DNA of 43,735 bases, from positions 1-43,735 of IMG/VR virus record IMGVR_UViG_3300017778_002624; one strand, written 5' to 3'. Both the position numbers and the translations under genes were made by a program. The notes under the pieces were generated by a model. That model worked only from the letters and a program-made list of their open reading frames with translations, had not been told where the DNA came from and searched no databases. This document shows, piece after piece, positions 17,599 to 26,981 of this stretch (position 1 is its first letter; every line of letters starts with the position of its first letter). The DNA is from a virus. Lineage: Duplodnaviria > Caudoviricetes.

Positions 17599-18636
17599 AT
17601 GGCCGTCCGTAACGCAACCGTCCCGTCCTTCATGGATGTGATGACCCGACTGGACCCCGGTGGCGGTCTCTCCGAGATCGCCGAAATCCTGACCCAGACC
17701 AACGAGGCCAACGACGATATGTCGTGGACCGAGGGCAATCTGGTGACGGGTGACCGTCACACTGTCCGCACGGCCAAGCCGGTCGTGGACTTCCGCCGCC
17801 TGAACGAGGGTACCGCCCGCAGCAAGTCCGGCACCTCGCAGATCGAGGAGCAGGCCGCCATTCTGGTCGGCAAGCACCAGATCGACCGCGACCTCGCGAT
17901 CCTCTCGGGCAACATCGGCAAGTACCGCATGAACGAGGGCGTCAGCTTCCTCGAAGCCATGTCGGACAAGCTGTGGCAGACCGTCTTCTACGGCAACGCC
18001 GTCGCCGACGACAAGTCGTTCCACGGGCTGGCCAACCGCTTCGGCTCACTGTCCGGCTCCTTCGGCAACCAGATCGTCGACGCTGGCGGCACCGGCTCCG
18101 ACAACCGCTCGATCTGGCTGATCGTGTGGGGGCCGGACAAGTGCACCGGCATCTACCCGAAGGGCACCAAGGGCGGCCTGATGCACATGGACACCACGTC
18201 CAACAAGGCCATCGGCCCGGACGGCTTCCCCATCGGCGACGAGCTGCTCGACGCTGCCGGGAACCCGTATCTGGGCTACAAGGACCACTGGCAGTGGAAC
18301 GTCGGCCTGAAGGTAAAAGACCCGCGCTTCGTGGTCCGTGGTGCCAACATCGACTTCAGCGACCTGACCAAGGACCGGACCACCGGGGCCGACATTCAGG
18401 ACGTGATGGTGCAGATGATGGGCCGCATCCAAGGCATCAACGGCGGCAACGCGGCCTTCTACATGAGCCGTGACCTCGAGAACTTCCTCGACCGTCAGTC
18501 GTCCAACGATGGCCGCTCCTTCAACGGCTTCCACCGCGCCAACTTCGGGCGTCCGGGTCTGGACAGCATGGCCTTCCGGGGCGTGCCGCTGCGCCGGATG
18601 GACGTGCTCAACGTCAACGAGGCCCGCGTCGTCTAA
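17599..18636 (+). CDS. Major capsid protein (BPP-1 Bbp17-like, HK97 fold)
   Basis: EIL.QTNE..DD..W.EGN, R.LN.G...SKS, SIWL.VWG....GIYPKG, FRGVP.RR.D. Confidence 0.92.
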   Translation: MAVRNATVPSFMDVMTRLDPGGGLSEIAEILTQTNEANDDMSWTEGNLVTGDRHTVRTAKPVVDFRRLNEGTARSKSGTSQIEEQAAILVGKHQIDRDLAILSGNIGKYRMNEGVSFLEAMSDKLWQTVFYGNAVADDKSFHGLANRFGSLSGSFGNQIVDAGGTGSDNRSIWLIVWGPDKCTGIYPKGTKGGLMHMDTTSNKAIGPDGFPIGDELLDAAGNPYLGYKDHWQWNVGLKVKDPRFVVRGANIDFSDLTKDRTTGADIQDVMVQMMGRIQGINGGNAAFYMSRDLENFLDRQSSNDGRSFNGFHRANFGRPGLDSMAFRGVPLRRMDVLNVNEARVV

Positions 18637-18644
18637 GCCGGGCC

Positions 18645-18677
18645 GGTGGCGGCGGGAGTTTTGCTCCCGCCGCCACC
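18645..18677 (+). terminator. 14-bp GC hairpin after the capsid gene, no U-tract
   Basis: GGTGGCGGCGGGAG-TTTTG-CTCCCGCCGCCACC. Confidence 0.55.
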
Positions 18678-18730
18678 TCCCGCTACTCCCGCCTGCAACA
18701 TCAACGCGACCCGCCCGAGGAGGGCACACC

Positions 18731-19153
18731 ATGATTACCGACCGCGAGAACACCTTCTTCGACAACCTGCTGCCGAGCGCGTCTGCGACGCCGTTCGGTG
18801 ATGTCGTGAAGATCACCAACCGCCAGCGCAACCCTGACCTCGTCGCCTACCTTCAGGCCGAGACTGCGGTGAACAACGCCACGTCGCTGCGCTTCCAGTT
18901 CGTCAGCTCGGCGGACGCCGCCCTCGGCACGCCGAACATCATCTTCGACACCGGCGTCGTGACGCTGGCCAACTTCAACGCCGCCCAGCGATACGTCGCC
19001 TCGGTGGTCGCTGTGCCGGAAGCCCACCAGTATCTGGGCTGGATTTACATCCTCGCCGGGACTGCCCCGACGCTGGGTGGCATCACCGGCGGCATCGTCG
19101 AGGTCGCCACCCTCGAAAGCCTGCCGCGCCCGGCCTACTGGACCGGACGCTAA
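18731..19153 (+). CDS. Capsid cement/decoration protein (Bbp16-like, 140 aa)
   Basis: MITD.E..F start, beta-rich, YLG..Y..GT...G.IT.GIV; GAGGAGG RBS. Confidence 0.75.
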   Translation: MITDRENTFFDNLLPSASATPFGDVVKITNRQRNPDLVAYLQAETAVNNATSLRFQFVSSADAALGTPNIIFDTGVVTLANFNAAQRYVASVVAVPEAHQYLGWIYILAGTAPTLGGITGGIVEVATLESLPRPAYWTGR

Positions 19154-19160
19154 TCGGTGA

Positions 19161-19182
19161 CGGCGGGGAGCGATCCCCGCCG
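19161..19182 (+). terminator. 9-bp hairpin with GCGA tetraloop, no U-tract
   Basis: CGGCGGGGA-GCGA-TCCCCGCCG. Confidence 0.45.
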
Positions 19183-19220
19183 CTGCCTGCCCCATTGACC
19201 CGCGAAGAAAGGGACACCTG

Positions 19221-19607
19221 ATGTCCGACACCAACGAACTGATCATCAACGACAGCCTCCTGCCGCGCTTCACTGCCGCCGGTGTGCTGGTCGAGCCGGG
19301 CAAGCCGTTCCCGGCCTCCGACCTGAAGGCCGAGGACTTCATCGCCAAGTCGACCCCGGTCGGCAACCTGACCGACGAGCAACTGCTGGCGCTGGTCGCC
19401 ACGCGGGGCCTGACCGCAGGTGAAGCCGCAGCCGAGGCTCCCGCCGAAGCTGCCGCCGAACCGCTCGACCGTGACGGCGACGGCAAGCCGGGCGGCTCGC
19501 TGTCCAAGGCTGAGATCGCCGCCGCGCTGCTGGACCTGAACGTCGAGTTCGACGCCAAGGCCACGCGCGACGATCTGGGCCGACTGCTCGACGCCGCACA
19601 GGCGTAG
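19221..19607 (+). CDS. Acidic head-module protein with HeH/LEM-like helices
   Basis: LDRDGDGKPGGS motif; SKAEI.A.L....VEFD.KATRDDL..LL. Confidence 0.7.
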   Translation: MSDTNELIINDSLLPRFTAAGVLVEPGKPFPASDLKAEDFIAKSTPVGNLTDEQLLALVATRGLTAGEAAAEAPAEAAAEPLDRDGDGKPGGSLSKAEIAAALLDLNVEFDAKATRDDLGRLLDAAQA

Positions 19608-19634
19608 CCGACCCCGGCCAGACTGTGATACGGG

Positions 19635-19665
19635 AGGGGCGGCTCATGAAGGGCCGCCCCTTTTT
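19635..19665 (+). terminator. Rho-independent terminator
   Basis: AGGGGCGGCTC-ATGAA-GGGCCGCCCC followed by TTTTT. Confidence 0.8.
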
Positions 19666-19679
19666 GCTGGAGACACCCC

Positions 19680-20540
19680 ATGCGCCTCGCCCGCTTCGGC
19701 CTCGCCCTCGCCGCCCTGCTCTCGCTGCTCGCCCTGCCCGCGAACGCCCAAGTGGCGTCGGGTTCGGTGCGGACGGCGGACCCCTCCTATGTGAACGGCG
19801 AGACCCGGCCCCTGTCGCTGCTGCCGTCGGGCGCGCTGCGGGTCCACGACGGGTCAAGCGGCGCTGCGGCGCAGGAGGTTCAGGGGAGCACCGCGAACTT
19901 CACAGTCCCGACCAGCAACCCCTTCGGCATGGCTTGCGTCTATACGGCTGGCGTCCCGCCCATCGTCACCGACAACACCCTCGGGCGCTGTCAGGCCACC
20001 CAGCGTGGGTCGATCCGGGTCACGCTGATGGACACCGGCGCGACCGCCGTGGGCATCTCCAATGCGGGTAGCGACACGGTGACTGGCGCGGCCACCAATG
20101 GCGTGAACGTCACCGGCTTCAACTTCGTCTTCGACGGCACGCAGTATGTCCGTCAGCGCGGCGATGTGGGGGGCGGGACCGTCGTTCAGCCGGGCCTCGT
20201 CGCAACCCACTGGACCTATGCCGCCGCATCGGGCGGCATCTCCAACACCACGACCGCCGTGACGATCAAGACGGCGGCGGGCGCTGGCGTCCGCAACTGC
20301 ATCGCCGCCCTCCAGCTTTTCAACGGCACGCTCGGTGCCGCGACCGAAGTGGCGATCCGTGACGGCGCGGCTGGCACGGTGATCTGGCGCGGGCGGCGGG
20401 AGACGGTGGCGTCCAGCGAGGATGTGGTCCTGCCGGTGCCGATCTGCGGCACGGCCAACACCCTTCTCGAAGTCGTGACCCTCACCGCCACCGTGACCGG
20501 CGGCGTCTATGTGAACGCGCAGGGCTTCACCCGCCCGTAA
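19680..20540 (+). CDS. Beta-rich protein with a Sec-type signal peptide, in the structural module
   Basis: MRLARFGLALAALLSLLALPANA-Q; Thr/Gly/Val-rich body. Confidence 0.7.
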   Translation: MRLARFGLALAALLSLLALPANAQVASGSVRTADPSYVNGETRPLSLLPSGALRVHDGSSGAAAQEVQGSTANFTVPTSNPFGMACVYTAGVPPIVTDNTLGRCQATQRGSIRVTLMDTGATAVGISNAGSDTVTGAATNGVNVTGFNFVFDGTQYVRQRGDVGGGTVVQPGLVATHWTYAAASGGISNTTTAVTIKTAAGAGVRNCIAALQLFNGTLGAATEVAIRDGAAGTVIWRGRRETVASSEDVVLPVPICGTANTLLEVVTLTATVTGGVYVNAQGFTRP

Positions 20541-20560
20541 TCGGCCCACTGGAGTAGGCG

Positions 20561-21217
20561 ATGAGCTTCTCGGCAACAGAGCTGGCGAACATGGCGTGTC
20601 GGGAAATCCCGACACGCCAGATCGTCTCGCTCGAAGACAACACGCAGACCGCGACAGTCATGCGGGCCGAGATACCGCAGGTGCTCGGCGAGATCATGGA
20701 GAGCGGCGAGTGGTCGTTCGGTGTGCGCCGCGAGACGCTGTCGGCGACGACCAACACCCGCACCTCGGCATGGGCCTACGCCTTCGCTGTGCCGACCGGC
20801 ATGGCCATGCCGCTGCGGATCGTCCCGACGCCCGACGTCACCGACGCCACCTTCCTCCTGCCCGGCCAGCGGCTCGTGGCCAACAACCCGAACGCGGGGC
20901 CGCCGATCCCCTTCGACTTCGAGGGGCCGCTCCTCTGGACGGATGAGCCTGCCCCCATCCTCGAGTTCATCACGGTCTCGCCCGAGTGGAACCAGATGAG
21001 CTACCGCTTCCGCCGCGTGCTGGCCCTGACGGTGGCCGCCCGGTCGGTGGTGGCGATCACCCAGAACACCGAGCGCAAACGGGAGCTGCTTCAGGAGGCC
21101 GAGCTGTTCGGCCAGCGCGCCTTGGCCGCCAGCCTGAACGCCAACAGCACCCAGAACACCTACGGCGAGGATTTCATCCCGTCGTCGCTGCGCGGCCACT
21201 TCGAGGCCAATGAATGA
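20561..21217 (+). CDS. Tail tubular protein A / adaptor (T7 gp11-like)
   Basis: ELAN.A...I....I.SL.D, WSF..RR..L, WAYAF.VP motifs; position. Confidence 0.8.
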   Translation: MSFSATELANMACREIPTRQIVSLEDNTQTATVMRAEIPQVLGEIMESGEWSFGVRRETLSATTNTRTSAWAYAFAVPTGMAMPLRIVPTPDVTDATFLLPGQRLVANNPNAGPPIPFDFEGPLLWTDEPAPILEFITVSPEWNQMSYRFRRVLALTVAARSVVAITQNTERKRELLQEAELFGQRALAASLNANSTQNTYGEDFIPSSLRGHFEANE

Positions 21218-21861
21218 CCGGCTTCCGCGCAGCCATGCCGACCTTCGCTGGGGGCGAGATCGCGCCCTCGGTGGCGTCGCGCTTCGACACCGCCAAGTAC
21301 GCGACCTGCCTTGAGAGGGGCAGGAACGTCCTCGGCCTGCCCGGCGGCGGCCAGTACAACAGGCCCGGCACCGAGTTCGGCGCGGCGATCCGAGACCACA
21401 CCAAGCTGACCCGGCTGCTCCCCTTCGTCTTCTCGACCGATCAGGGCTATGCGCTGGAGTTCAGCCACCTGACCATGCGGGTCTTCTCCGGCGGCGAGCT
21501 GGTGGTCCGTCCGCGCCTCATCATCACCGCCATCACCAAGGCGGCGTCTGCCGTGGTGACCGTGCCGAACCACGGCTACTCGGTCGGCTGGGACGTCTAC
21601 TTCCAAGGCGTGCTCGGCATGACGCAGATCAACGGCCTGACCGGGCGCATCACCGCGATCTCGGGCAACGACGTCACGGTCAACATCAACTCGACCGGCT
21701 TCTCGACCTTCACCGCCGACACCGGCGGGATCGCGGGGAACGCCCTCGGCGGCGTCGGCGGCTACGCGCCGGTGGACCCGAACGCGCCGCCGCCGGACAT
21801 CCCCTACACGCCAACCCTGCCGCCGACGGGCGGGGGCACCGGGAGCGGCGTCCTGCCATGA
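21214..21861 (+). CDS. Tail tubular protein B / nozzle, N-terminal part, with an FCCH-like insert
   Basis: FAGGEIAP..R.D..KY, GG..NRPGT.F, RLLPFVFS..Q.Y.LEF; ITAITKA..AVVT...HG..G..V....V.GMT.IN. Confidence 0.8.
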   Translation: MTGFRAAMPTFAGGEIAPSVASRFDTAKYATCLERGRNVLGLPGGGQYNRPGTEFGAAIRDHTKLTRLLPFVFSTDQGYALEFSHLTMRVFSGGELVVRPRLIITAITKAASAVVTVPNHGYSVGWDVYFQGVLGMTQINGLTGRITAISGNDVTVNINSTGFSTFTADTGGIAGNALGGVGGYAPVDPNAPPPDIPYTPTLPPTGGGTGSGVLP

Positions 21862-23693
21862 GTATCGCCGCGATCTTCCAGCTCACCACGCCATACTCGG
21901 ACACCCAGCTTTCCGAGCTGGGGTACGAGCAGTCGCTCGATGGCTTCGTGCTGACGCACATGAGCTACGCCCCGCGCCGCCTGCGCCGGTTCGACCACAA
22001 CGACTGGCGCATCGACAGCGCGCCCATCGGCGTGGCCGGTGCCCAGCCTGCGACGGCGATTGTCAGCAGGACGCGGAACTACACCGACAACGTCAACGGC
22101 GGCTACACCGAGCAGAACTACCAGTACGGGGTCACGGCGGTGGACCTGACGACGGGCCGCGAAAGCCCGCCGACCGACACCCTATCGGTGCTCAACGATC
22201 TGGGCACGCGGCCCGGCTCGCCGCTGGGCAACTTCAACACCATCGTCTGGGATGCGGTCGCCAACGCCGAGGTCTATCGCATCTATAGCAAGAAGAACGG
22301 CAGCTACGGCTACATCGGGACGACGGACGCATCCGCCCCGCAGTCGTTCATCGACGACAACATCCTGCCGGACTACTCGGACAGCCCGCCCGTCCTGAGC
22401 AATCCCTTCCCGGTCGGCAACTACCCCGCCGTCGTGACCTTCCATGACCGGCGCGCCTTCTATGGCCGGACCCTGAAGAAGCCGTCCGCCGCCTACGGCA
22501 GCCAGACCGATGACGTCTTCAACCACGACAAGTCGCGGCCTCTGCGCGCGACCGACAGCATCGCGACAAGCCTCATCTCCCGGCGTCTGAACACGATCCG
22601 CCACCTGCTCTCGCTGGGCAACCTGCTGGCCCTGACCTCGGACGGCATCTTCTCGCTGCGCCCGACTGATGGCGGCGGGCTGACCCCGATGGGGATCGAG
22701 ACCAAGACCGAGGGCTTCCAAGGCGTCGGCTCTGCCCGGCCCGAGGCCATCGACACGGTCGGCTTCTACACTACCGCTCGGGGCAACCGGGTGCGGACCA
22801 TCGGCTACACCTTCGAGCGCGACGGCTTCAAGGGCAACGACATCACCGTCTTCGCCCCGCACCTGTTCCAAGGCTTCGACATCGTGGCGATGGCGTGGTG
22901 CGAGGAGCCGTCTCGGATCATGTGGTGCCTGCGGAGCGACGGCAAGCTGGTCGCGCTGACGTGGCAGGCCGAGCAGGACGTCTGGGGCTGGACCCTCTGC
23001 GAGACCGACGGCGTGATCGAGAGCATCTGCTCGGTCAGCGAGGAGGGCCGGGACGTCCTCTACATGGCCGTGCGCCGGACCATCAACGCCGCGCAGGTCC
23101 GCTACATCGAGCGCCTGACCGACCCGGTTTGGATGGACGAGAACTGGGCGTCGCTGCCAGACGCCGTCGTCATGGACAGCTCCTACACCTACCGGGGCAC
23201 GGCGGCGGTCGCCCTGACCGGGCTGCACTGGCTGGAGGGCCGGTCTGTCGCCGTGCTCGCTGACGGCTATGTCGTCACCGGGAGGACGGTGGTCGCCGGT
23301 CGCCTGACCCCTGACCTGCCGAACGCGGCGACGGTGATCTCGGTGGGCCTGCCCTACGAGAGCTACATCCGCACCCTGCCGGTGGTCGCCCAGACCGGGA
23401 GCGGATCGACCGTGGGCCGCCGTCAGTCGGTGTCCAACGTCATCATCAAGGTCATGAACACCCTCGGCATCCGCGTCGGGACCGGCGACAACCCGGTGCT
23501 GGCGTCCATGTTCGACGCCCCCCTCCCCGACGACGTGACCGGCGACACGCCAAGGCCCCCCTACACCGGCGACCTCGACACGATGGGCATGGACCCCGGC
23601 GACTGGAAGACCGCCAAGGTCACTATCGCCCAGCTCCAACCCCTGCCGATGGTGGTGCTCGGGGTCTTCCCCGACATCAACATGGGCCGATGA
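21858..23693 (+). CDS. Tail tubular protein B / nozzle, C-terminal part
   Basis: TPY...L..L.Y.QS.D, YPAVVTF...R, EQDVWGW, RYIERL, GL.WLEG..V.VLADG, VGLPY, QPLPM.VL. Confidence 0.85.
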   Translation: MSIAAIFQLTTPYSDTQLSELGYEQSLDGFVLTHMSYAPRRLRRFDHNDWRIDSAPIGVAGAQPATAIVSRTRNYTDNVNGGYTEQNYQYGVTAVDLTTGRESPPTDTLSVLNDLGTRPGSPLGNFNTIVWDAVANAEVYRIYSKKNGSYGYIGTTDASAPQSFIDDNILPDYSDSPPVLSNPFPVGNYPAVVTFHDRRAFYGRTLKKPSAAYGSQTDDVFNHDKSRPLRATDSIATSLISRRLNTIRHLLSLGNLLALTSDGIFSLRPTDGGGLTPMGIETKTEGFQGVGSARPEAIDTVGFYTTARGNRVRTIGYTFERDGFKGNDITVFAPHLFQGFDIVAMAWCEEPSRIMWCLRSDGKLVALTWQAEQDVWGWTLCETDGVIESICSVSEEGRDVLYMAVRRTINAAQVRYIERLTDPVWMDENWASLPDAVVMDSSYTYRGTAAVALTGLHWLEGRSVAVLADGYVVTGRTVVAGRLTPDLPNAATVISVGLPYESYIRTLPVVAQTGSGSTVGRRQSVSNVIIKVMNTLGIRVGTGDNPVLASMFDAPLPDDVTGDTPRPPYTGDLDTMGMDPGDWKTAKVTIAQLQPLPMVVLGVFPDINMGR

Positions 23694-24157
23694 GGCGAGA
23701 CTGGTCGGTGCGGGTCGCCACCTACGCCGAGGTCAACCGGCTGGCGAGGGGCATGAGGGCCGCCGACAGGCGCGAGGTGGGTGCGCTCGGCCACACCCCG
23801 AAGCAGGCGCTGGTGGCCGGTCTGAAGGCCTCCACGATGGCATGGACGGCGTGGTTCAAGGGGTCGCCCGTGACCATGTTCGGGATCGCGCCGGTCAGCG
23901 TGCTGGAAGGCCGGGCTGCCGTCTGGATGCTGGGCACCGATCAGGTGGCACAAGGGGCCGCCCCCCTCATCCGCTGGGGGCCGAGGTTCATCCGCGCCAT
24001 GCAGGCCGAGTTCCCCGTTCTGGAGAACGCCGTGGCCGCCGACAACCGGCTGGCCATGCGCCTGCTGGTGGCGCTGGGGTTCGACATTGAGGACGATGTC
24101 GTGATAGTGGGCGGTGTGCCCTTCAGGCGCTTCTCCAAAGGCTCCCGACGTGTGTGA
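23690..24157 (+). CDS. T7 gp13-like protein (DUF2833/GNAT-like)
   Basis: MRAADRREV, WMLGT, LEN.V...N..A.R.L..LGF. Confidence 0.7.
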   Translation: MRRDWSVRVATYAEVNRLARGMRAADRREVGALGHTPKQALVAGLKASTMAWTAWFKGSPVTMFGIAPVSVLEGRAAVWMLGTDQVAQGAAPLIRWGPRFIRAMQAEFPVLENAVAADNRLAMRLLVALGFDIEDDVVIVGGVPFRRFSKGSRRV

Positions 24158-24749
24158 ACCGGCCACCCTGATAATGATTTCGACGGCGATGGCTGCCGCC
24201 GGGTCAGCCGTGCAAGGCTACTCGGCCTACACAGGGGCGATGTACGCCTCTGGCGTCGCCGAGAACAACGCCGCCCTCTCGCGCGAGCAGGCCGCCGACG
24301 CTATCCGCAGGGGCGAGGACGAGCAGCAGAGGAAGTGGCGAGAGATCAGCCAGATCAAGGCCGCCCAGATCGCAGGCATGGCCGCCTCCGGCGTCGACAC
24401 CAGCTTCGGTTCGGCAGCCGACATGATCGGTGACACGGCGGTGCTCGGCACCGAGGACGTCTCGATCATCGCTGAGAACGCCGCCCGCGAGACGCGGGGC
24501 TTCCACATTCAGGCCCAGAACTTCAACAACGAGGCTGGTGCCAAGAAGCGCGAGGCCTACGCCGGTGCCGTCTCCACCGCCTTCGACATCGGCTCCACCA
24601 TCATGGGTGGGGCCTCGCAGATGCAGGGCCTCAAGCTGCCGAAGACCGGCGGCTCCGTCGGCCCCATGAAGACCCCCTACATCAACACCGGGGGCGGCTT
24701 CCGTGGTGGCCGTGACCGGCCCATGCCCATGTTCGGTGGAGGCCGCTGA
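24150..24749 (+). CDS. Internal virion/ejection protein (T7 gp14-like)
   Basis: GTG start MCEP; A.DA..RG, AASGVD...GSA motif. Confidence 0.75.
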   Translation: MCEPATLIMISTAMAAAGSAVQGYSAYTGAMYASGVAENNAALSREQAADAIRRGEDEQQRKWREISQIKAAQIAGMAASGVDTSFGSAADMIGDTAVLGTEDVSIIAENAARETRGFHIQAQNFNNEAGAKKREAYAGAVSTAFDIGSTIMGGASQMQGLKLPKTGGSVGPMKTPYINTGGGFRGGRDRPMPMFGGGR

Positions 24750-26974
24750 TGGCATCCGTCACCGTCTACTCCCAGACCGAGCGGCTCGCGCCGGTCACCA
24801 CCGCCAAGCAGCAGATGGTCTCCGGCGGCTTCGGCGAGGGGATCGGCGAGAGCGTCCAGCGCGCCGGTGGTGCGGTCGGCCAGTACGCCAAGGCCAAGGA
24901 CGCCTACAACGCCCGCGTCGAGGAGGCGGGCGTCATGGAGCTGGACACCCAGTTCTCCGAGCGCGCCCGCGAGATTGAGCGTGGCTTTCTGGCCCAGAGC
25001 GGGCGCAATGCGATTGACGCCCAGACCGAGACGGATGAGGCCTACCGCCAGCTAGAGGCTGAGTTCCTCGAGATGGGGTCCACCACCCCCCGTCAGGCCC
25101 TCATGATGCAGGCCCAGCTCAACCGCCGCAGGGAGAACTGGGCCGGTCGGCGGGACGGCCACGTCGCCCGCGAGACCGAGGTCTGGCAGGTCGGTGTCGA
25201 GGCGTCCTCCCTGACCGCCGCGATCCGTGAGGTGATCGACACGCCGCCCGGCTCGGCAGAGCGGACGTCCGGCTTCCTGCTGGTCGGGGCGCGTCTGGAC
25301 GACATCGCCCGCCGTCGGGGCTGGAGCGCCGAGGAGCGCGCGGAGAAGGGGTTTGCCGCCTTCTCCGACATCCACCTGACCACCATCGACGACATGAGGA
25401 ACAGCGACAACGCCGAGGGCGCGCTGGCCTACTACGACGAGTTTGAGGACGCCATCGACCCGACCAAGCGCACCGATCTGCGCCGGGCGACGGAGGAGGA
25501 CTACTGGACGCAGGACGCTCTCGCAGCCGCCGAGGGCGACCTGACGGGCGGCGAGGATGAGACCTACGACGTCGACCCCGGCGACGGCTCTGGCACGCGG
25601 CAGGTCAGGGCGGTCTCGCCGGTGTCGGCTGAGGTCAACTCTCGCTTTGGGGCCATGCGCGCCAGCGGGCCTCACGGCGGCACTGACTATCTGGCCCCTG
25701 AGAACACTCCGGTCCGGTCGATGCTTCCGGGCGTGGCGACCATCAAGCGCCAGCTGGGGCAGGCGGGCCTCTACGTCGAGGTAGACCACGGCAATGGGCT
25801 GGTCTCGCAGTATATGCACCTGAACCGGACCAACATCCGAGACGGCCAGCGCGTCGACGCGGGGACGGTAATCGCCCTGTCCGGGGGGCGGGCCGGGACC
25901 GCGAACGCGGGCAACAGCGAAGGCCCCCACCTCCATGTATCAGTGAAGCGGAACGGCCAGAACGTGGACCCGGAGGGCGTCATAGGCGGCGACCAAGAGG
26001 TTGGCGGCTCGGGAAGAAACGCGCCGAGAGGCCCGAGCTTCACGACGGCGCAGGACGTCGAGGACTGGGCTGAGGCCCGTAGCGGCGGCAACGCCCGACG
26101 CTACGCCATCAACCTTGCGGCAGGCATGGCCGTGCTCAATCGTGAGCGAGGCATCCGCACCGACCGCGAAAATGAGGGCGACCGGGCGGCGAACGAGTGG
26201 CGGGCGGCCAATCCGGGCGCTCTGTGGTCGTCCGCGCCCACCAGCATCCGCAACGGCGCTTCGCCGAGCTATCGTGCCCGCGAGGCCGAGCAGGAGCACA
26301 ACCAAGCAGAGGCAGACGCCAGAGCTGCGGGGGCCGACCGGGCCGTGGGCGACACGGTCTATCTCGACCTCTTGGACCTCGCGGCGAGTGACCCGCAGGA
26401 GTTCCTGCGCCGCAACCCGGACGACGTCCGCTCGATCATCACGCCGGGCCAGTACGCCACCCTCCGGCAGAAGGCGTCGTCGATCCGCAATGGGGACAAC
26501 TCCTCCCAAAACATCGACCTGATCCGCCCTGAGATGCGCGCGGCACTCAGCAGCGCAGGCTTTCAGGTCGAGCCATCAAGGATGGAGGAGGCGGATGCGC
26601 GAGCAGCCGCCGACCTGTCGGAGTATGTCGAGAGCTTCGCCGCCCGCCACCTCGCATCGAACGGCACCCCGGCCACGGTGGCCGATCTGCGCGGCGCATA
26701 CCGCACGGGCACGGCCCTGCTGAGGACCAGCGACGGGCGTCAGGTGATGGCGGCGTCGGCGCGGAGCTTGGGCGTGCTGCCGTCATCGGCACCGCGCACT
26801 CCGGCCCGCCGAGGCGTTGCCGAGCCGCCGCGCGTCGAGGGCTTCGCCATCGAGCGCCGTCACCTCAACTGGCTTCGGAACCGTTTCCGCGCAGAGGGGG
26901 TTCCCAACCCCACTCAGCGTCAGATAGACAACGCCTACGCCGCCGCCCGCAGAGCAGGGCAGCTTCCCGAATAG
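24749..26974 (+). CDS. Internal virion/ejection protein with an M23 (LytM) peptidoglycan peptidase domain
   Basis: HGGTDY (HxxxD), HGNGLVSQYMHL and GPHLH (HxH) at ~25620-25980 within a helical scaffold. Confidence 0.85.
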   Translation: MASVTVYSQTERLAPVTTAKQQMVSGGFGEGIGESVQRAGGAVGQYAKAKDAYNARVEEAGVMELDTQFSERAREIERGFLAQSGRNAIDAQTETDEAYRQLEAEFLEMGSTTPRQALMMQAQLNRRRENWAGRRDGHVARETEVWQVGVEASSLTAAIREVIDTPPGSAERTSGFLLVGARLDDIARRRGWSAEERAEKGFAAFSDIHLTTIDDMRNSDNAEGALAYYDEFEDAIDPTKRTDLRRATEEDYWTQDALAAAEGDLTGGEDETYDVDPGDGSGTRQVRAVSPVSAEVNSRFGAMRASGPHGGTDYLAPENTPVRSMLPGVATIKRQLGQAGLYVEVDHGNGLVSQYMHLNRTNIRDGQRVDAGTVIALSGGRAGTANAGNSEGPHLHVSVKRNGQNVDPEGVIGGDQEVGGSGRNAPRGPSFTTAQDVEDWAEARSGGNARRYAINLAAGMAVLNRERGIRTDRENEGDRAANEWRAANPGALWSSAPTSIRNGASPSYRAREAEQEHNQAEADARAAGADRAVGDTVYLDLLDLAASDPQEFLRRNPDDVRSIITPGQYATLRQKASSIRNGDNSSQNIDLIRPEMRAALSSAGFQVEPSRMEEADARAAADLSEYVESFAARHLASNGTPATVADLRGAYRTGTALLRTSDGRQVMAASARSLGVLPSSAPRTPARRGVAEPPRVEGFAIERRHLNWLRNRFRAEGVPNPTQRQIDNAYAAARRAGQLPE

Positions 26975-26981
26975 GACCGTC

